Assembly: GCA_965222375.1 (NCBI GenBank)
Contig: CBDCTZ010000016.1
Location: 3,411,963-3,475,962 of the forward strand
From: Polyangiaceae bacterium
Lineage (GTDB): Bacteria; Myxococcota_A; Polyangia; Polyangiales; Polyangiaceae
Direction of reading: 5' to 3'
Length of the DNA stretch: 64,000 bases
Part shown: positions 19,144 to 29,417 of the stretch, one piece after another
How positions within the stretch are numbered: the first letter of the stretch is position 1
How the letters are laid out: every line of letters starts with the position of its first letter
Notes under the pieces: generated by a model
Seen by the model: the letters and a program-made list of their open reading frames with translations, nothing else
Told to the model about the DNA's origin: nothing
Database searches by the model: none
Position numbers and translations under genes: made by a program

Positions 19144-19474
19144 GGGAGGTAAGACGAGCCAGCTGCGGAGGTGATTCATCAAAGAAAATGTCCTCCCCGC
19201 TGCTGCCATATTAGCCCGAAAAAGGCAGGTTACGCGCGAGAGCGTTCCAGAGCTCATTCGGCGTGGTTTCGACCTCGTACGTTGCTGCTGTGAGCTGTCT
19301 GGACGATGTCATGATCGGGTCGCCGTGCTCCAATTTGCGTGGCGTTACCTCTGCCGCTGGCGCAGGACCACGAGCTAGGGCGTGTCCAAAACCGCTGGAA
19401 GCTACAGTGATGAATGCCGCCCGAAATCCCACCGCAATCCGCCCTTTCGTCCAGTTCCGTCTTAGCACGAGAAA

Positions 19475-20518
19475 TTGCCGAAACGTGCGCTACCATCCCA
19501 GGTGGTGGACAGAGAGCTGATCGGAGGTCGGTACCGGGTGCTGCGCATGATGGGCGAAGGCGCAGCGGCCAAAGTGTATGCTGCAGAAAGCCAGCTATTT
19601 GGTCGCGTTGCGCTCAAAGTGCTCCACGAACCCTTGGCGCGTGACGAATCCGTGGTGCAGCGCTTCGTGCACGAAGCGCGCGCAGCAAGCGCGATTCAAC
19701 ACCCCAACGTGGTGCGCGTGTTCGACCTTGGGAAGCATGGTGACGTGCCCTTCATGGTCATGGAGCTTTGCGAAGGTGAGACCCTGCGAGAGGTGATTGA
19801 CGCCAGAGGTGCAGTTGGGCCGCAATACGCTTGCGAGCTTGGCGCCCAGGTCCTGAGTGCCCTCGAGGCGGCTCATGCTGCGCAGATTGTGCATCGTGAC
19901 CTGAAGCCGGCCAATGTGATGGTCGTGCATCCCGAACCCGACCGTCCGGTGATCAAAGTGTTGGATTTCGGGATCGCCAAGCGCCTACTGTTCGGTGACG
20001 CTCATGACGACGCTAAAGTGTTTGGGACGCCCAGCTACATGGCGCCGGAGCAAATCCGTTTGCGTCCAGTGGACCACCGCGTGGACATCTACGCGGTGGG
20101 CGCTCTGCTGTACGAGCTAATGACCGGCAAGCCGCCGTTCCGCGGTGCGACCCCTGCCGAGGTCATGACCCAAGTCGTATCTCGGCCACCCATGCCCATG
20201 CGGGCTTCAGATCGCGCGCTGCCCAAAGATCTGGACGAGTTGGTCCGGCGCTGCCTTGCCAAGAGCCCAGGGCGGCGGCCCGGTTCCGCGCGGGAGTTGA
20301 GCGAGGCCCTGCAGGCGCACGGTGGTGGACCTATCTCGGTGCCGCCAGCAGATCGCGCCAGCCACGAGCCCGTACCCCTACTGGTTCGCGGCCGGCCCCC
20401 AGAAACCGAAGCCATTCCTTTGCGGCCACGGACGAAGAAGGCCGGCCGCGCGAGTTCTCCGGCACCGCCACGGCTGGAGCTCGTGGCTGACGGAGAAGAC
20501 ACAGCCGACCCAGACTGA
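19475..20518 (+). CDS. cytoplasmic Ser/Thr protein kinase (start may be GTG 19502)
   Basis: GEGAAAKVY, VALK, HRDLKPAN, DFG, GTPSYMAPE, DIYAVG; no TM. Confidence 0.93.
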   Translation: MPKRALPSQVVDRELIGGRYRVLRMMGEGAAAKVYAAESQLFGRVALKVLHEPLARDESVVQRFVHEARAASAIQHPNVVRVFDLGKHGDVPFMVMELCEGETLREVIDARGAVGPQYACELGAQVLSALEAAHAAQIVHRDLKPANVMVVHPEPDRPVIKVLDFGIAKRLLFGDAHDDAKVFGTPSYMAPEQIRLRPVDHRVDIYAVGALLYELMTGKPPFRGATPAEVMTQVVSRPPMPMRASDRALPKDLDELVRRCLAKSPGRRPGSARELSEALQAHGGGPISVPPADRASHEPVPLLVRGRPPETEAIPLRPRTKKAGRASSPAPPRLELVADGEDTADPD

Positions 20519-20528
20519 ACCATCTCGC

Positions 20529-22064
20529 TCATGGCGCGCGTTCGTAGGTTGTCGCCAGCTTTCTCAGGCGGACCGCCAGGCGGCGATTCAAGTCCCGCGG
20601 AGAGACCCGCCACGCCCAATTGTTCTCCGACGTGCCAGGCACGTTCATACGAGCCCGACTGCCCAGCCCGAGGCAATCTTGAAGGGGCACGACGGCCACT
20701 GCGGCGATGGACGAGTACGCCAGGCGAATCAGCTGCCAATGCGGTGGCTCGCGGCTCGCTCCCAGATAGGCATGCAGGCGTCTTCGTTCGTCCAGGCCGG
20801 CTCTGCCGCCGCGCCCTAGGCTGCGATACCAACCCAGCGAGGTGTCGTTGTCGTGGGTGCCCGTGTAGACGACGGTGTCCCTGGAAAAGCGATGGGGCAG
20901 GTATTCGCTGCCTTCGGGATCCCCAAAGGCGAATTGGAGTACACGCATTCCTGGCAGCCCGAGAGACTCGCGAAGCGCAACGACCTGAGGCGTCACGATG
21001 CCCAGGTCCTCAGCCAAGAAGGGCAAGTCGCCGAGCGCTTTTCGAACCCGCGCGAACAACGCTTCTCCCGGCACAGGGACGAACCGGCCCCCTCGCGCAT
21101 CTTTCGCCGCAGCCGGTATCTCCCAGCAGCGCGAGAACCCGATGAAGTGATCTAGGCGGACGACGTCGAACAGTTCCAAACAGCGTTGAAATCGAGCGAC
21201 CCACCACGCGAACTTGGCTGCTTGCATCGCCTTCCAGTCGTACACGGGGTTGCCCCATAGCTGCCCGGTCGCGCTGAACAGATCCGGAGGAACGCCGGCC
21301 ACGACGCGGCGACTGCCGTCGGCGTTCAGGCGGAATAGGGATTGGTTTGCCCAGACGTCAGCACCGTCATGGGCGACGAACATCGGTACATCACCCAGCA
21401 ACGCAATTCCCTTTTCGCGGCAGTATTTGGCTAGGGCTTGCCACTGAGAATCGAACACGAACTGCACCCATTCGTGGAACGCAATCTCGGACCGGAGTTC
21501 TTGCTGAGCCGCTGCGACGGGCTCGGGTTGGCGGCTTCTCAGACCCCGGCGCCACTGCATCCAGTGCTTTCCGGGATTGCCTGCATGCAGCGCAGAGAAG
21601 AGGCAGTGGTCCGGAAGCCAGGCCGACTGGGTTTGCCGAAAATGCTGCAGGCCCTTCGGTGGTCGGTGGCGCAAAAAGCGGGCGTGGGCGCGTCGGAGTC
21701 TCTCTTCCCTGAATTGCTGGCTCTCGAGCAGCTGGGCACGTCCAGTCCTGAAGCTCTTTGGAGGAGCGGTCTCTCGCTTCGTCAGCAGGCCGTCGCGCTC
21801 CAGTTGCACCAGGCTGATCAGCCACGGACTGCCAGCGAAGGTGCTCGACGTGTCGTAGGGGGATGCTCCCCAACCCGGCGGGCTCACCGGCAGCGTTTGC
21901 CAAACGCTTTGACCCGACGCTGCCAGGAAGTCTGCGAAGACGAACGCTGCAGGTCCGAGATCTCCGTGGCCGTGGGGGCCAGGGAGGGAAGTCAGATGCG
22001 CTAGGACGCCCGCTCGGCGCTGGCGGGTCAGATCGAAGCCAGGACGCTCAGCTCGGCTCTTCAC
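20529..22064 (-). CDS. malQ: 4-alpha-glucanotransferase (GH77)
   Basis: GVLAHLTSLP, GDVP, GVPPDLFSATGQLWGNP, RLDHF, AEDLG, YTGTHDNDT, RMNVPG. Confidence 0.95.
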   Translation of the reverse strand: MKSRAERPGFDLTRQRRAGVLAHLTSLPGPHGHGDLGPAAFVFADFLAASGQSVWQTLPVSPPGWGASPYDTSSTFAGSPWLISLVQLERDGLLTKRETAPPKSFRTGRAQLLESQQFREERLRRAHARFLRHRPPKGLQHFRQTQSAWLPDHCLFSALHAGNPGKHWMQWRRGLRSRQPEPVAAAQQELRSEIAFHEWVQFVFDSQWQALAKYCREKGIALLGDVPMFVAHDGADVWANQSLFRLNADGSRRVVAGVPPDLFSATGQLWGNPVYDWKAMQAAKFAWWVARFQRCLELFDVVRLDHFIGFSRCWEIPAAAKDARGGRFVPVPGEALFARVRKALGDLPFLAEDLGIVTPQVVALRESLGLPGMRVLQFAFGDPEGSEYLPHRFSRDTVVYTGTHDNDTSLGWYRSLGRGGRAGLDERRRLHAYLGASREPPHWQLIRLAYSSIAAVAVVPLQDCLGLGSRARMNVPGTSENNWAWRVSPRDLNRRLAVRLRKLATTYERAP

Positions 22065-22962
22065 GCTTAACCGGACGTAGCAAGGAAGCGACGATGGCTA
22101 GGGTCAGCACAGCCGCGATAATCCCCAAACTGGCCAGATTGGGCACTTTGTAGACTTCCGCCGCCAACATCTTCACGCCAATGAAAACGAGGATGATCGC
22201 GAGGCCGACGTCCAAGTAGTGGAACCGGCTCATCATCCCGCTGAGCATGAAATAGAGCGCCCGCAGACCCAGAATCGCAAAGATGTTCGAAGTGTAGACG
22301 ATGTACAGGTCGTCGGAGATCGCGAGTACCGCGGGAACGCTGTCCACGGCGAAGACGACGTCCGTGAACTCGACGACGATCAGCACCAGAAACAACGGGG
22401 TCGCGTAGCGCACGCCGTCTTTGATCACGAAGAACTTGTTGTCGACCATCTCCTTGGTTGTGCGTAGGTACTTCCGTGCGAGGCGGAGGGCGATGTTGTT
22501 CTCCGGGTCGACCGAGTCGTCCTTCTTCAGTGCGAGCTTTGCGCCCGTGAATACCAAGAATGCGCCAAAAATATACATCGTGAAGTGGAAGCGATGCAGT
22601 AAGGCGGTGCCGGCCAGAATGAACACCGCGCGCATGACCACCGCACCGAACACGCCCCAAAACAACACGCCGTGCTGATGTTGTTCTTTCACTTTGAAGT
22701 AGGTGAAGATCACCAAGAAGACGAACAGATTGTCGACGGAGAGAGATTTCTCCACCAGATACGCGACGAGGTAGCTGACGGACTTTTCCGTCCCGAGACG
22801 TTGCTGGATCCAGATGGCGAAGAGGAGGGCGACCGCTATCCAGATCACACTGCGGATAGAGGCCTCCCGGAAAGAGACGCGGTGTGCGCTGCGGCCGAAT
22901 ATCAGCGTATCGGCCAGCATGGTCACTAGGACTATCCCGGCAAATACCCCCCAATCGAGCAT
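22048..22962 (-). CDS. TerC/Alx family membrane protein
   Basis: EKSLSVDNLFVF, DVVFAVDSVPA, TSNIFAILGLRALYF. Confidence 0.93.
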   Translation of the reverse strand: MLDWGVFAGIVLVTMLADTLIFGRSAHRVSFREASIRSVIWIAVALLFAIWIQQRLGTEKSVSYLVAYLVEKSLSVDNLFVFLVIFTYFKVKEQHQHGVLFWGVFGAVVMRAVFILAGTALLHRFHFTMYIFGAFLVFTGAKLALKKDDSVDPENNIALRLARKYLRTTKEMVDNKFFVIKDGVRYATPLFLVLIVVEFTDVVFAVDSVPAVLAISDDLYIVYTSNIFAILGLRALYFMLSGMMSRFHYLDVGLAIILVFIGVKMLAAEVYKVPNLASLGIIAAVLTLAIVASLLRPVKREEPS

Positions 22963-23093
22963 GGCCGCGCTGCCGAGCATCGCCGGGGTGCTATCACGCG
23001 GCCATCGCCCCGGCTAGCCGAACGCGGGGCCGGACGCCAATTCGGCGTTCTCCATTGCGCGGCCCGGGGCGCTTGCCATACACCCAGGCGGTA

Positions 23094-26000
23094 GTGGTAC
23101 CCGCTCGATCGCACCTGCTCTCCGTCTGCCTGCTGCTGCTGGGCCTCAGCCTGACGTTGCGCTCAGCCCTCGCCGCGCCCCCGGGGGATGCCGGGGTCAG
23201 CAGAGATGCTTCGACTCCAAACACCGACGCCGAGGTGCAGGAGGTCCTGCGGCGCGCGAAGCAGGTGCAGCAGTTGATCGCGGAGACCTTGGACCCAACG
23301 GTCGAGCCGGCGTCTCTGTTCAGCGTCGTGCTGACCGATGAGCGGGCTGTTGCCGTCGAGGCCCAACGACTGCGTGCACTGCTAGCGCGGGCCAGCACCG
23401 CACTCCCGGATGCAGGAGCGCCAGAGTCAGGTGCGCCCGACGAGAAGAAGGCTGGTGCGGGCGCCAAAGCGGAGCCGGGCAAACCTGGCGTGCCGGACGC
23501 TTCCGTGCGCCCGCCGACGCCCGCGTCGGGGCTGAGCGCCAAAGAGACCAAACTCTGGCGCGCCCGTCTGGAGCTGGATGCCGCCCAGTTGAGGTTTCTG
23601 AAACTGCCGAAGCGGGTCCGGGCTGCGAAACTGACTGCCCATGAAAAGCGTCGAACCGAGGCGAGCAAGCAGGGTACAGGCGTTGACCAAGCTCAGAAGA
23701 AGGCAGAGGCGGCTGCAGAGGCCAAGAAGCGAGCTTTGGAGCAGGCCAAGCGAGCCCGCAGCGAAGCGGCGCGTCTGGTCGCGGAGGAGGAAGCGCGCCT
23801 CTTGGGCGTCAAGGAGGACCAGGCTCGCTTCGAAGCCACTCTGGCCAAGTCCGAGGCCAAGACTACCAAGCGGGCTGAAGAGGCATTGGCCTGGCGACGC
23901 CGAGTGGCGAACCTCGTTTCTGAGCGCAAAGAAGGCAAGAAGACCCCGGAAGAGGCGGATGCCCTGTATGGCGAGTTGCGCAAGGCCCTTAGAACGGCGC
24001 GGGACGAGCTGGCGAGCTCACTTTCCACCCTCGCGAAGCTAGAGCTGCCGCGAGTCGGTGCAGACCGCCTCGACACAGCGGGTGCCGCGGTGGATCGGAG
24101 CAAGGTCGACAAGTTGCGCTCGGAGCTCGCGTCCCAGGAGTCCAAACTCGAGGCTCGAGAAAAGAAGATGCGCACCGCGAGGGCAAAGGCGCTGCTCGAG
24201 CAGGTGGAATCCCTGAATCGGGATCGACTCGCCCTCTATCCGCATCTCAGCAGTGCAAAGCGCTCCGCGCTGACTAGCTTCAACGTGCCCGGAATCGATC
24301 AGGCTCGTGCAGAGGCACGCCAGGTGACTCTGGTGATGCGCTACCACGTGCGAGCGTCGTGGAATTGGATCACCAATCTCCGTGATCCGAATCGGGATCG
24401 CGCGGGCGAAGTCGTTGCCGGTTTCAGCCTGCTCAAGATATTGGTGCTGATCGGAATCTTCTTCTGGTGGCGCCGTCGGGCCCGCTCCATCATCGAAATG
24501 TTGCGCGAACGCATGGAGGAGGCACGCCGCGAGTATCGAGGCGCGCGCTGGCTCACCTACGCGGATCGCGCGGTGAATCTGGTGGACCGGGTCCATAATC
24601 CAGTCGCTTGGCTGATCTTCGTGTGGGGAGTTGGCTACCTCGCGGGGCCTGGCGTCAGCGACTTGTACGAAGTCGAACTGCTCTGGATCGTTCTGAGCTG
24701 GACCCTCGGGGGAAACATCGTCGTGCACGTGATCGATGTAGGTTTTGGCCACGGGACCAGGATTTCGAGGCAGCGTGGATCGGACGCTTTGCGCTACAAG
24801 TCTCTGCGTCTGGTTGGGCGAGTCATCGTTACCGTGGGTCTGTTCTTGGCGCTCACCAATCACTTGGTTGGGCGTGGGACCATCTACAGTTGGGTCCTCT
24901 CTAGCTTCTGGTTCGCTGCTATTCCCATCACACTGGTTATCGTTCGCTGGTGGCAACCGGTGGTTTTCGAGCGCCTCAGCCTGCTTCGCAAGAAGAGTGC
25001 GTTTGTAGAATGGGTGCTCAATCGAAAGGCAGGCTGGACGAGTTTCCCAGCCGCGGCTGCCGGTGGTGCGTACCTCGTGGGTCTGGGCACCGTGCGCACT
25101 CTGCGAACCTACGTCAGTACGTTCGAGACGACGCGGAGAGTGCTTGCCTACTTGTTTCGACGCGAAGCGGCCAAGCAGGCTCGAGAACGCGGCAGCCGCC
25201 CCACTAAGCCACTGGCGGCGGCGACCTACGATTCTCTAGGGCCTCAGGAAGGCACGGATACGCCCGTGCCGGGGGTTGGCGATGCCGAGATTGTGTCAAT
25301 CAAAGCTGCCATCGACAGTCCCGGTGGCGGCGTGTTTGCGCTGGTCGGGGAGCGGGGCCGTGGAAAGAGCATGCTGCTCGATCGTATTCTGGGAGAGAAG
25401 CCGAGCAGTCTACACATGCACTGCCCGGTGGGCGGCGCGGGGGCGTTTAGGGAAGAGCTGACTCGGGTCCTCGAGCTTGAGCCCGGCGCCGCTGACGACG
25501 CCATCTCCCAGGCGTTGAGTGCTCTGGGGGAGAACAACGCGCTGCTGGTCGACGATGCTCACCGCCTGGTGACCCCCACCATTGGCGGATTGGACGACTT
25601 CGACCAGATCATCGCATTGGCACGGGAATCGAGCAACACGACGACGTGGGTGTTCTGTATCGGGGCCGTGACCTGGCAGTACGTGGAGCGCGCCCGCGGC
25701 GCGCGACCGGTTTTCGACGAAGTGATCAAGGTCTCGCGTTGGAGTGAAGAAAACATCGCCACGATGCTGAAGTTGCGCAGTGCTCGCGCTGACATCAAAC
25801 CGGTGTTCGATGATCTCGTCGGCGAAGAAGAGGATGACGAGGTGCTGCGCCGAGAGCAGTTGGCGCGTACCGAGGCCAGCTACTACCGGTTGTTGTGGGA
25901 CTACGCTGCGGGCAACCCTGCAGTGGCGGTGCACTTCTGGCGTGAGTCTCTCGGCGTCGACGATGAAGGCAACGTGCGGGTGCAGCTGTTTCACGCTCCG

Positions 26001-26258
26001 GACACCACGGATATCGAGCGCCTCCCCGACACGTCCATTTTCGTGTTGCGCGCCGTGATTCAATTGGAGCTTGCGCGGCCCGTGGATATCTTGGCCGCGA
26101 CCATGTTGCGACCCCGCGAAATCGAGGACGCTCTGCGCTACACCTTGTTTCGTGGTTACCTGGAAATAGTGGATGAGCGCTACCGTGTGACCTGGACCTG
26201 GTTTCGCGCGATCACTCGGGTGCTACAACGACGGCACTTGATCGCCACTGGGAGCTGA
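23094..26258 (+). CDS. large exported coiled-coil / multi-TM protein with C-terminal P-loop NTPase and probable winged helix
   Basis: GTG 23094 precedes a signal peptide (LLSVCLLLLGLSLTLRSALA); long Ala/Glu/Lys/Arg coiled coil; about 5-6 TMs; Walker A GERGRGKS (~25347-25370); Walker B LLVDDAH; later AGNP motif. Confidence 0.8.
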   Translation: MVPARSHLLSVCLLLLGLSLTLRSALAAPPGDAGVSRDASTPNTDAEVQEVLRRAKQVQQLIAETLDPTVEPASLFSVVLTDERAVAVEAQRLRALLARASTALPDAGAPESGAPDEKKAGAGAKAEPGKPGVPDASVRPPTPASGLSAKETKLWRARLELDAAQLRFLKLPKRVRAAKLTAHEKRRTEASKQGTGVDQAQKKAEAAAEAKKRALEQAKRARSEAARLVAEEEARLLGVKEDQARFEATLAKSEAKTTKRAEEALAWRRRVANLVSERKEGKKTPEEADALYGELRKALRTARDELASSLSTLAKLELPRVGADRLDTAGAAVDRSKVDKLRSELASQESKLEAREKKMRTARAKALLEQVESLNRDRLALYPHLSSAKRSALTSFNVPGIDQARAEARQVTLVMRYHVRASWNWITNLRDPNRDRAGEVVAGFSLLKILVLIGIFFWWRRRARSIIEMLRERMEEARREYRGARWLTYADRAVNLVDRVHNPVAWLIFVWGVGYLAGPGVSDLYEVELLWIVLSWTLGGNIVVHVIDVGFGHGTRISRQRGSDALRYKSLRLVGRVIVTVGLFLALTNHLVGRGTIYSWVLSSFWFAAIPITLVIVRWWQPVVFERLSLLRKKSAFVEWVLNRKAGWTSFPAAAAGGAYLVGLGTVRTLRTYVSTFETTRRVLAYLFRREAAKQARERGSRPTKPLAAATYDSLGPQEGTDTPVPGVGDAEIVSIKAAIDSPGGGVFALVGERGRGKSMLLDRILGEKPSSLHMHCPVGGAGAFREELTRVLELEPGAADDAISQALSALGENNALLVDDAHRLVTPTIGGLDDFDQIIALARESSNTTTWVFCIGAVTWQYVERARGARPVFDEVIKVSRWSEENIATMLKLRSARADIKPVFDDLVGEEEDDEVLRREQLARTEASYYRLLWDYAAGNPAVAVHFWRESLGVDDEGNVRVQLFHAPDTTDIERLPDTSIFVLRAVIQLELARPVDILAATMLRPREIEDALRYTLFRGYLEIVDERYRVTWTWFRAITRVLQRRHLIATGS

Positions 26259-26262
26259 TGAG

Positions 26263-27201
26263 ATGAAACGCCCGATCCTTCGTTCCGCAGCGCTGAGCAT
26301 CTTCGGCCTGGTCTTCGCGACGCCGGCACTGGCCTACGCTCAGGATCCTCCCGACGTTTCGCAGATTGTGAGCTTCGTGCGCTGGAGTGGCGTGGCGGTG
26401 TCCATTCTGGTGATCGCGGGTGCCACCATCACGCTCAGATTCCTGTCTGGAATCGTCGTCCGGCTGAGCGAGCGGTTCACGAATCGTCGGCTTCTGTTCA
26501 GCAAGATCGAAAGTTTCACTCGCTTCTTTCTCTACTTCGCCACCGGCATCGTCGTGGTTGGGCTTTCCTTCCAGATCAATCAGACGGTGCTCACCCTCAT
26601 TGGCGGCACCTTCGCGGTGGCGGTGGGTTTCGCGATGCGGGATTTGGTCGCGGCCATGATCGCCGGCGTGACCATCATGTTCGACCGCCCATTCCAGGTG
26701 GGTGACCGCGTGCAATATGCCGGCGAATATGGCGATATCGTTGCCATAGGCTTGCGTTCCGTCCGAATGCAGACGCTGGACGACAACACGGTGACCATCC
26801 CCAACAACAAGATCCTCACGGACGTGACCAGCTGTGGGAACTACGGCGCCTTGGACATGCAGGTGTCCATCGTCTTCTTCATAGGAATCGATCAAAATAT
26901 CGAGCTGGCCGAGCGTCTCATTACCGAAGGCATTCTGAGCAGCCGCTACGTCTTTCTGGAAAAGCCAGTCGTCGTCATCATGAAGCAGGTCATCAAGGAC
27001 GACTATGTGGCCCTACAAATGGCTGGCAAAGCCTACGTTCTGGATACGAAGTACGAGAAACTCTTCGAAACGGACGTGACCAAGCGAGTTCTGACCGCTT
27101 TTCACACCCATGGCATCTTGCCGCCCGCTGTGCTGCACCGCGCGGTCGACACGGCTGTATATGAGAAGCCGCACACCAAGAAGGCGAGAGCAGAGGCATG
27201 A
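26263..27201 (+). CDS. small-conductance mechanosensitive channel (MscS family)
   Basis: GFAMRDLVAAMIAGVTIMFDRPFQVGDRV, IGLRSVRMQTLDDNTVTIPN. Confidence 0.93.
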   Translation: MKRPILRSAALSIFGLVFATPALAYAQDPPDVSQIVSFVRWSGVAVSILVIAGATITLRFLSGIVVRLSERFTNRRLLFSKIESFTRFFLYFATGIVVVGLSFQINQTVLTLIGGTFAVAVGFAMRDLVAAMIAGVTIMFDRPFQVGDRVQYAGEYGDIVAIGLRSVRMQTLDDNTVTIPNNKILTDVTSCGNYGALDMQVSIVFFIGIDQNIELAERLITEGILSSRYVFLEKPVVVIMKQVIKDDYVALQMAGKAYVLDTKYEKLFETDVTKRVLTAFHTHGILPPAVLHRAVDTAVYEKPHTKKARAEA

Positions 27202-27812
27202 GGGAGCTGGTCGTTGTTGTTCTGGGCACGCTGTTGCTGTCGGCTTGTGAGCAGAAGAAGGAAACCCCAAAGCCCCTGCTCATCGAACCAGCCACGACAC
27301 CAGCCAAGTCGGCAGTAGCGGCGCTGCCCAGGCCGGCAACCCACGGCGGTGCTCGCGCGTTGGGCGTTAGTTGGTCCGATGTTCCAGGGCTGACCAAGCT
27401 CAGTGGCAAGCGTCCGATGCGCGCCGCCAGCTATCAAGCGCCCGCCGCGGATGGCGACAAGGAGCCGGGGGACTTGGGCGTGTTCTACTTTGGTGCTGAC
27501 GAGGGTGGTGGCGTCGAGAGCAACATGAAGCGCTGGGTTGGGCAGTTTCCGGGGACACCCAAAGAGCGGATACGTCGCAGCCAGCGGACGGAGAATGGTC
27601 TCTTGCAGCACATCGTCGAGGTGGACGGCGAAAAATTCATGAGCGGCGTGCCTGGAGGCCCAAAGACGCCGAAGGACAAGTACGCGATGATCGCCTTCAT
27701 CGTCGAAGCCCCCAGTGGTCTCTATTTCTTCAAGCTGACCGGGCCCCAGGCCACGGTCGAAAAGGCCAAAGAGCCACTGTTTTCGATGATGAAGACCGTG
27801 CAGGTGAAGTAG
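27198..27812 (+). CDS. lipoprotein of unknown function
   Basis: Lipobox LLSAC; ATGA overlap with mscS; GGGVESNMKRWVGQF and YFFKLTGP motifs. Confidence 0.75.
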   Translation: MRELVVVVLGTLLLSACEQKKETPKPLLIEPATTPAKSAVAALPRPATHGGARALGVSWSDVPGLTKLSGKRPMRAASYQAPAADGDKEPGDLGVFYFGADEGGGVESNMKRWVGQFPGTPKERIRRSQRTENGLLQHIVEVDGEKFMSGVPGGPKTPKDKYAMIAFIVEAPSGLYFFKLTGPQATVEKAKEPLFSMMKTVQVK

Positions 27813-27822
27813 CCGGCCCCCG

Positions 27823-28965
27823 CTACACCATTTGTTGGGGCTGCTTGGTGCCTTCCTTCTTGCGTGTGCGCAGGATCCGGATGCCGACATCGAAGCGGAT
27901 GAACGCCAGCATCACGATGAGGATCAGGCCGACGCCGAAGCCGGCCAGGACTCGATTGGGCTCTGCCTTGATGAACACCGCACCTTCGCCAATGCGCGGG
28001 TGCTCCGCCGAGTCGGCCTTGAGTCCGTGGGACTTCGCGATCTTCGCGATGTTGCTCACGTGAACGACTGGCGTGCCTCGCTCCGCGAAGCGCAGCATCA
28101 CGGAATCCAGAAGCCCTTCTCCGCGGGGAGGCTCCAGATTGAGCCCGGGGCGGAACTGCTTCTTGCCAACGTGCGTGCCCACCGACGCGGAACCGCCTCC
28201 AACGTTGACGTACGCCTTGATCGAGCGGTTGCCTGCGCGAGCGTCATAGTGCGCCATGCGAAGTTCGATAGAATCCACGAGGGACTTGCCTTCGATCCGT
28301 TCGACATTGTTGCGCGCGATGGCCGCCTCGATCAGGGCTCGCCCTTCTTTGCTCATGCCCAGGCCGCGGTCGTCGATACCGCCCCGGGACGCCGCAGTGG
28401 AGCGGTACGAGAAGACCTTGTTTTCGAACAGGGTTCGCTCCATGTCGAGCCAGGTGTAGTTGGGGTCGTTCGCGCCCCACTCCGAGCCAGACACACTGGC
28501 AACCACGATGGCTTGGGCCTCGAGCACGTGCAGGGCGGCGAAGGTCGACACTGAGAGCGCGGGAAATGACCCCGAAAGGCCCACGGCAACCACATCGCCC
28601 CGCTCCACACCGGCGCGTTTCAAGAAGTGCAGGATGACGGCCGCGAAGTTGGGGTTGGTGCTGGCACGCTTGGCGCTGATGTAGCCTGTGTTCGATGTGA
28701 TTGGCGTGAGTGAGAAGCCAATCAAGCCGGTTTGGTGCGGATCTGCTTCGGGGTCGATGACCAAGCCGCGTTGGATGCGCTCGGCTTTGATTGTGCGCAT
28801 CGCGTCGTGGGAGAGGCGCGCCGCGCGGATCTTCTCGGCCTGCCACGACTGCTTCCGAACCACGGGGAAGCGCTCGACGATGACGAGCGCGGCGATTGCC
28901 GCGAGTGCGATCATCGCGAGCGCGGAGCGGGAGATCCCGGGGGGACGCCAATAGACGCGCTTCAT
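27823..28965 (-). CDS. pgsW: poly-gamma-glutamate system protein PgsW
   Basis: TGLIG..TPITS, KRASTNPNF, SGSFP, SEWGAN, YVNVGGG; third gene of the pgsB-pgsC operon. Confidence 0.85.
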   Translation of the reverse strand: MKRVYWRPPGISRSALAMIALAAIAALVIVERFPVVRKQSWQAEKIRAARLSHDAMRTIKAERIQRGLVIDPEADPHQTGLIGFSLTPITSNTGYISAKRASTNPNFAAVILHFLKRAGVERGDVVAVGLSGSFPALSVSTFAALHVLEAQAIVVASVSGSEWGANDPNYTWLDMERTLFENKVFSYRSTAASRGGIDDRGLGMSKEGRALIEAAIARNNVERIEGKSLVDSIELRMAHYDARAGNRSIKAYVNVGGGSASVGTHVGKKQFRPGLNLEPPRGEGLLDSVMLRFAERGTPVVHVSNIAKIAKSHGLKADSAEHPRIGEGAVFIKAEPNRVLAGFGVGLILIVMLAFIRFDVGIRILRTRKKEGTKQPQQMV

Positions 28966-29417
28966 CCCGAAAGCTCCGCGCCGACGACGACAATTAGGAT
29001 CAGCCTGACCACCACGGACGCCGTGACCAACGCTGCTAGGGTTTCGACGATGCCCTGCCGGTCAAGCCAGATGGCGATCAGGCCTGGGATGATGAACCCG
29101 ATGACCTGGATTTCGGCCCCACCGAAGCCCACGCTACCGGTCGTCCAGCGTAGGGCCATGCCTACGAGATAGCCGACGAGAATCATCAACACCGTCCGGC
29201 GGCGGCCATAGATGATGATGAAGGAGGACAGGGTGTGAACAACCGCGAACGTCGCGAACCCAGCCAGCACCGTCAACAGCACATCGATGGGGCGGTTGAG
29301 GGATAGCGCCAAGTACCCCGGCACGATCATGCCACCCGCGGCGATGCCGAACATCTCCGTGAACAGTAGGCTGACAGCCAACCCGATACCCACGGATAAG
29401 GGGAGAAGCTCAATCAT
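28962..29417 (-). CDS. pgsC: poly-gamma-glutamate biosynthesis protein PgsC/CapC
   Basis: GIAAGGMIVPGYLAL, IIYGRRR, IGFIIPGLIA..RQG. Confidence 0.95.
   Translation of the reverse strand: MIELLPLSVGIGLAVSLLFTEMFGIAAGGMIVPGYLALSLNRPIDVLLTVLAGFATFAVVHTLSSFIIIYGRRRTVLMILVGYLVGMALRWTTGSVGFGGAEIQVIGFIIPGLIAIWLDRQGIVETLAALVTASVVVRLILIVVVGAELSG

Noticed and set aside
19211..19496. Short ORFs between the BamA-like gene and the kinase
   Set aside because: Several overlapping 80-85 aa ORFs on both strands with no motif or RBS; cannot choose one
22963..23093. yybP-ykoY (Mn) riboswitch upstream of the TerC/Alx gene
   Set aside because: No GGGGAGTAG-like core on the minus strand; short GC-rich divergent promoter region
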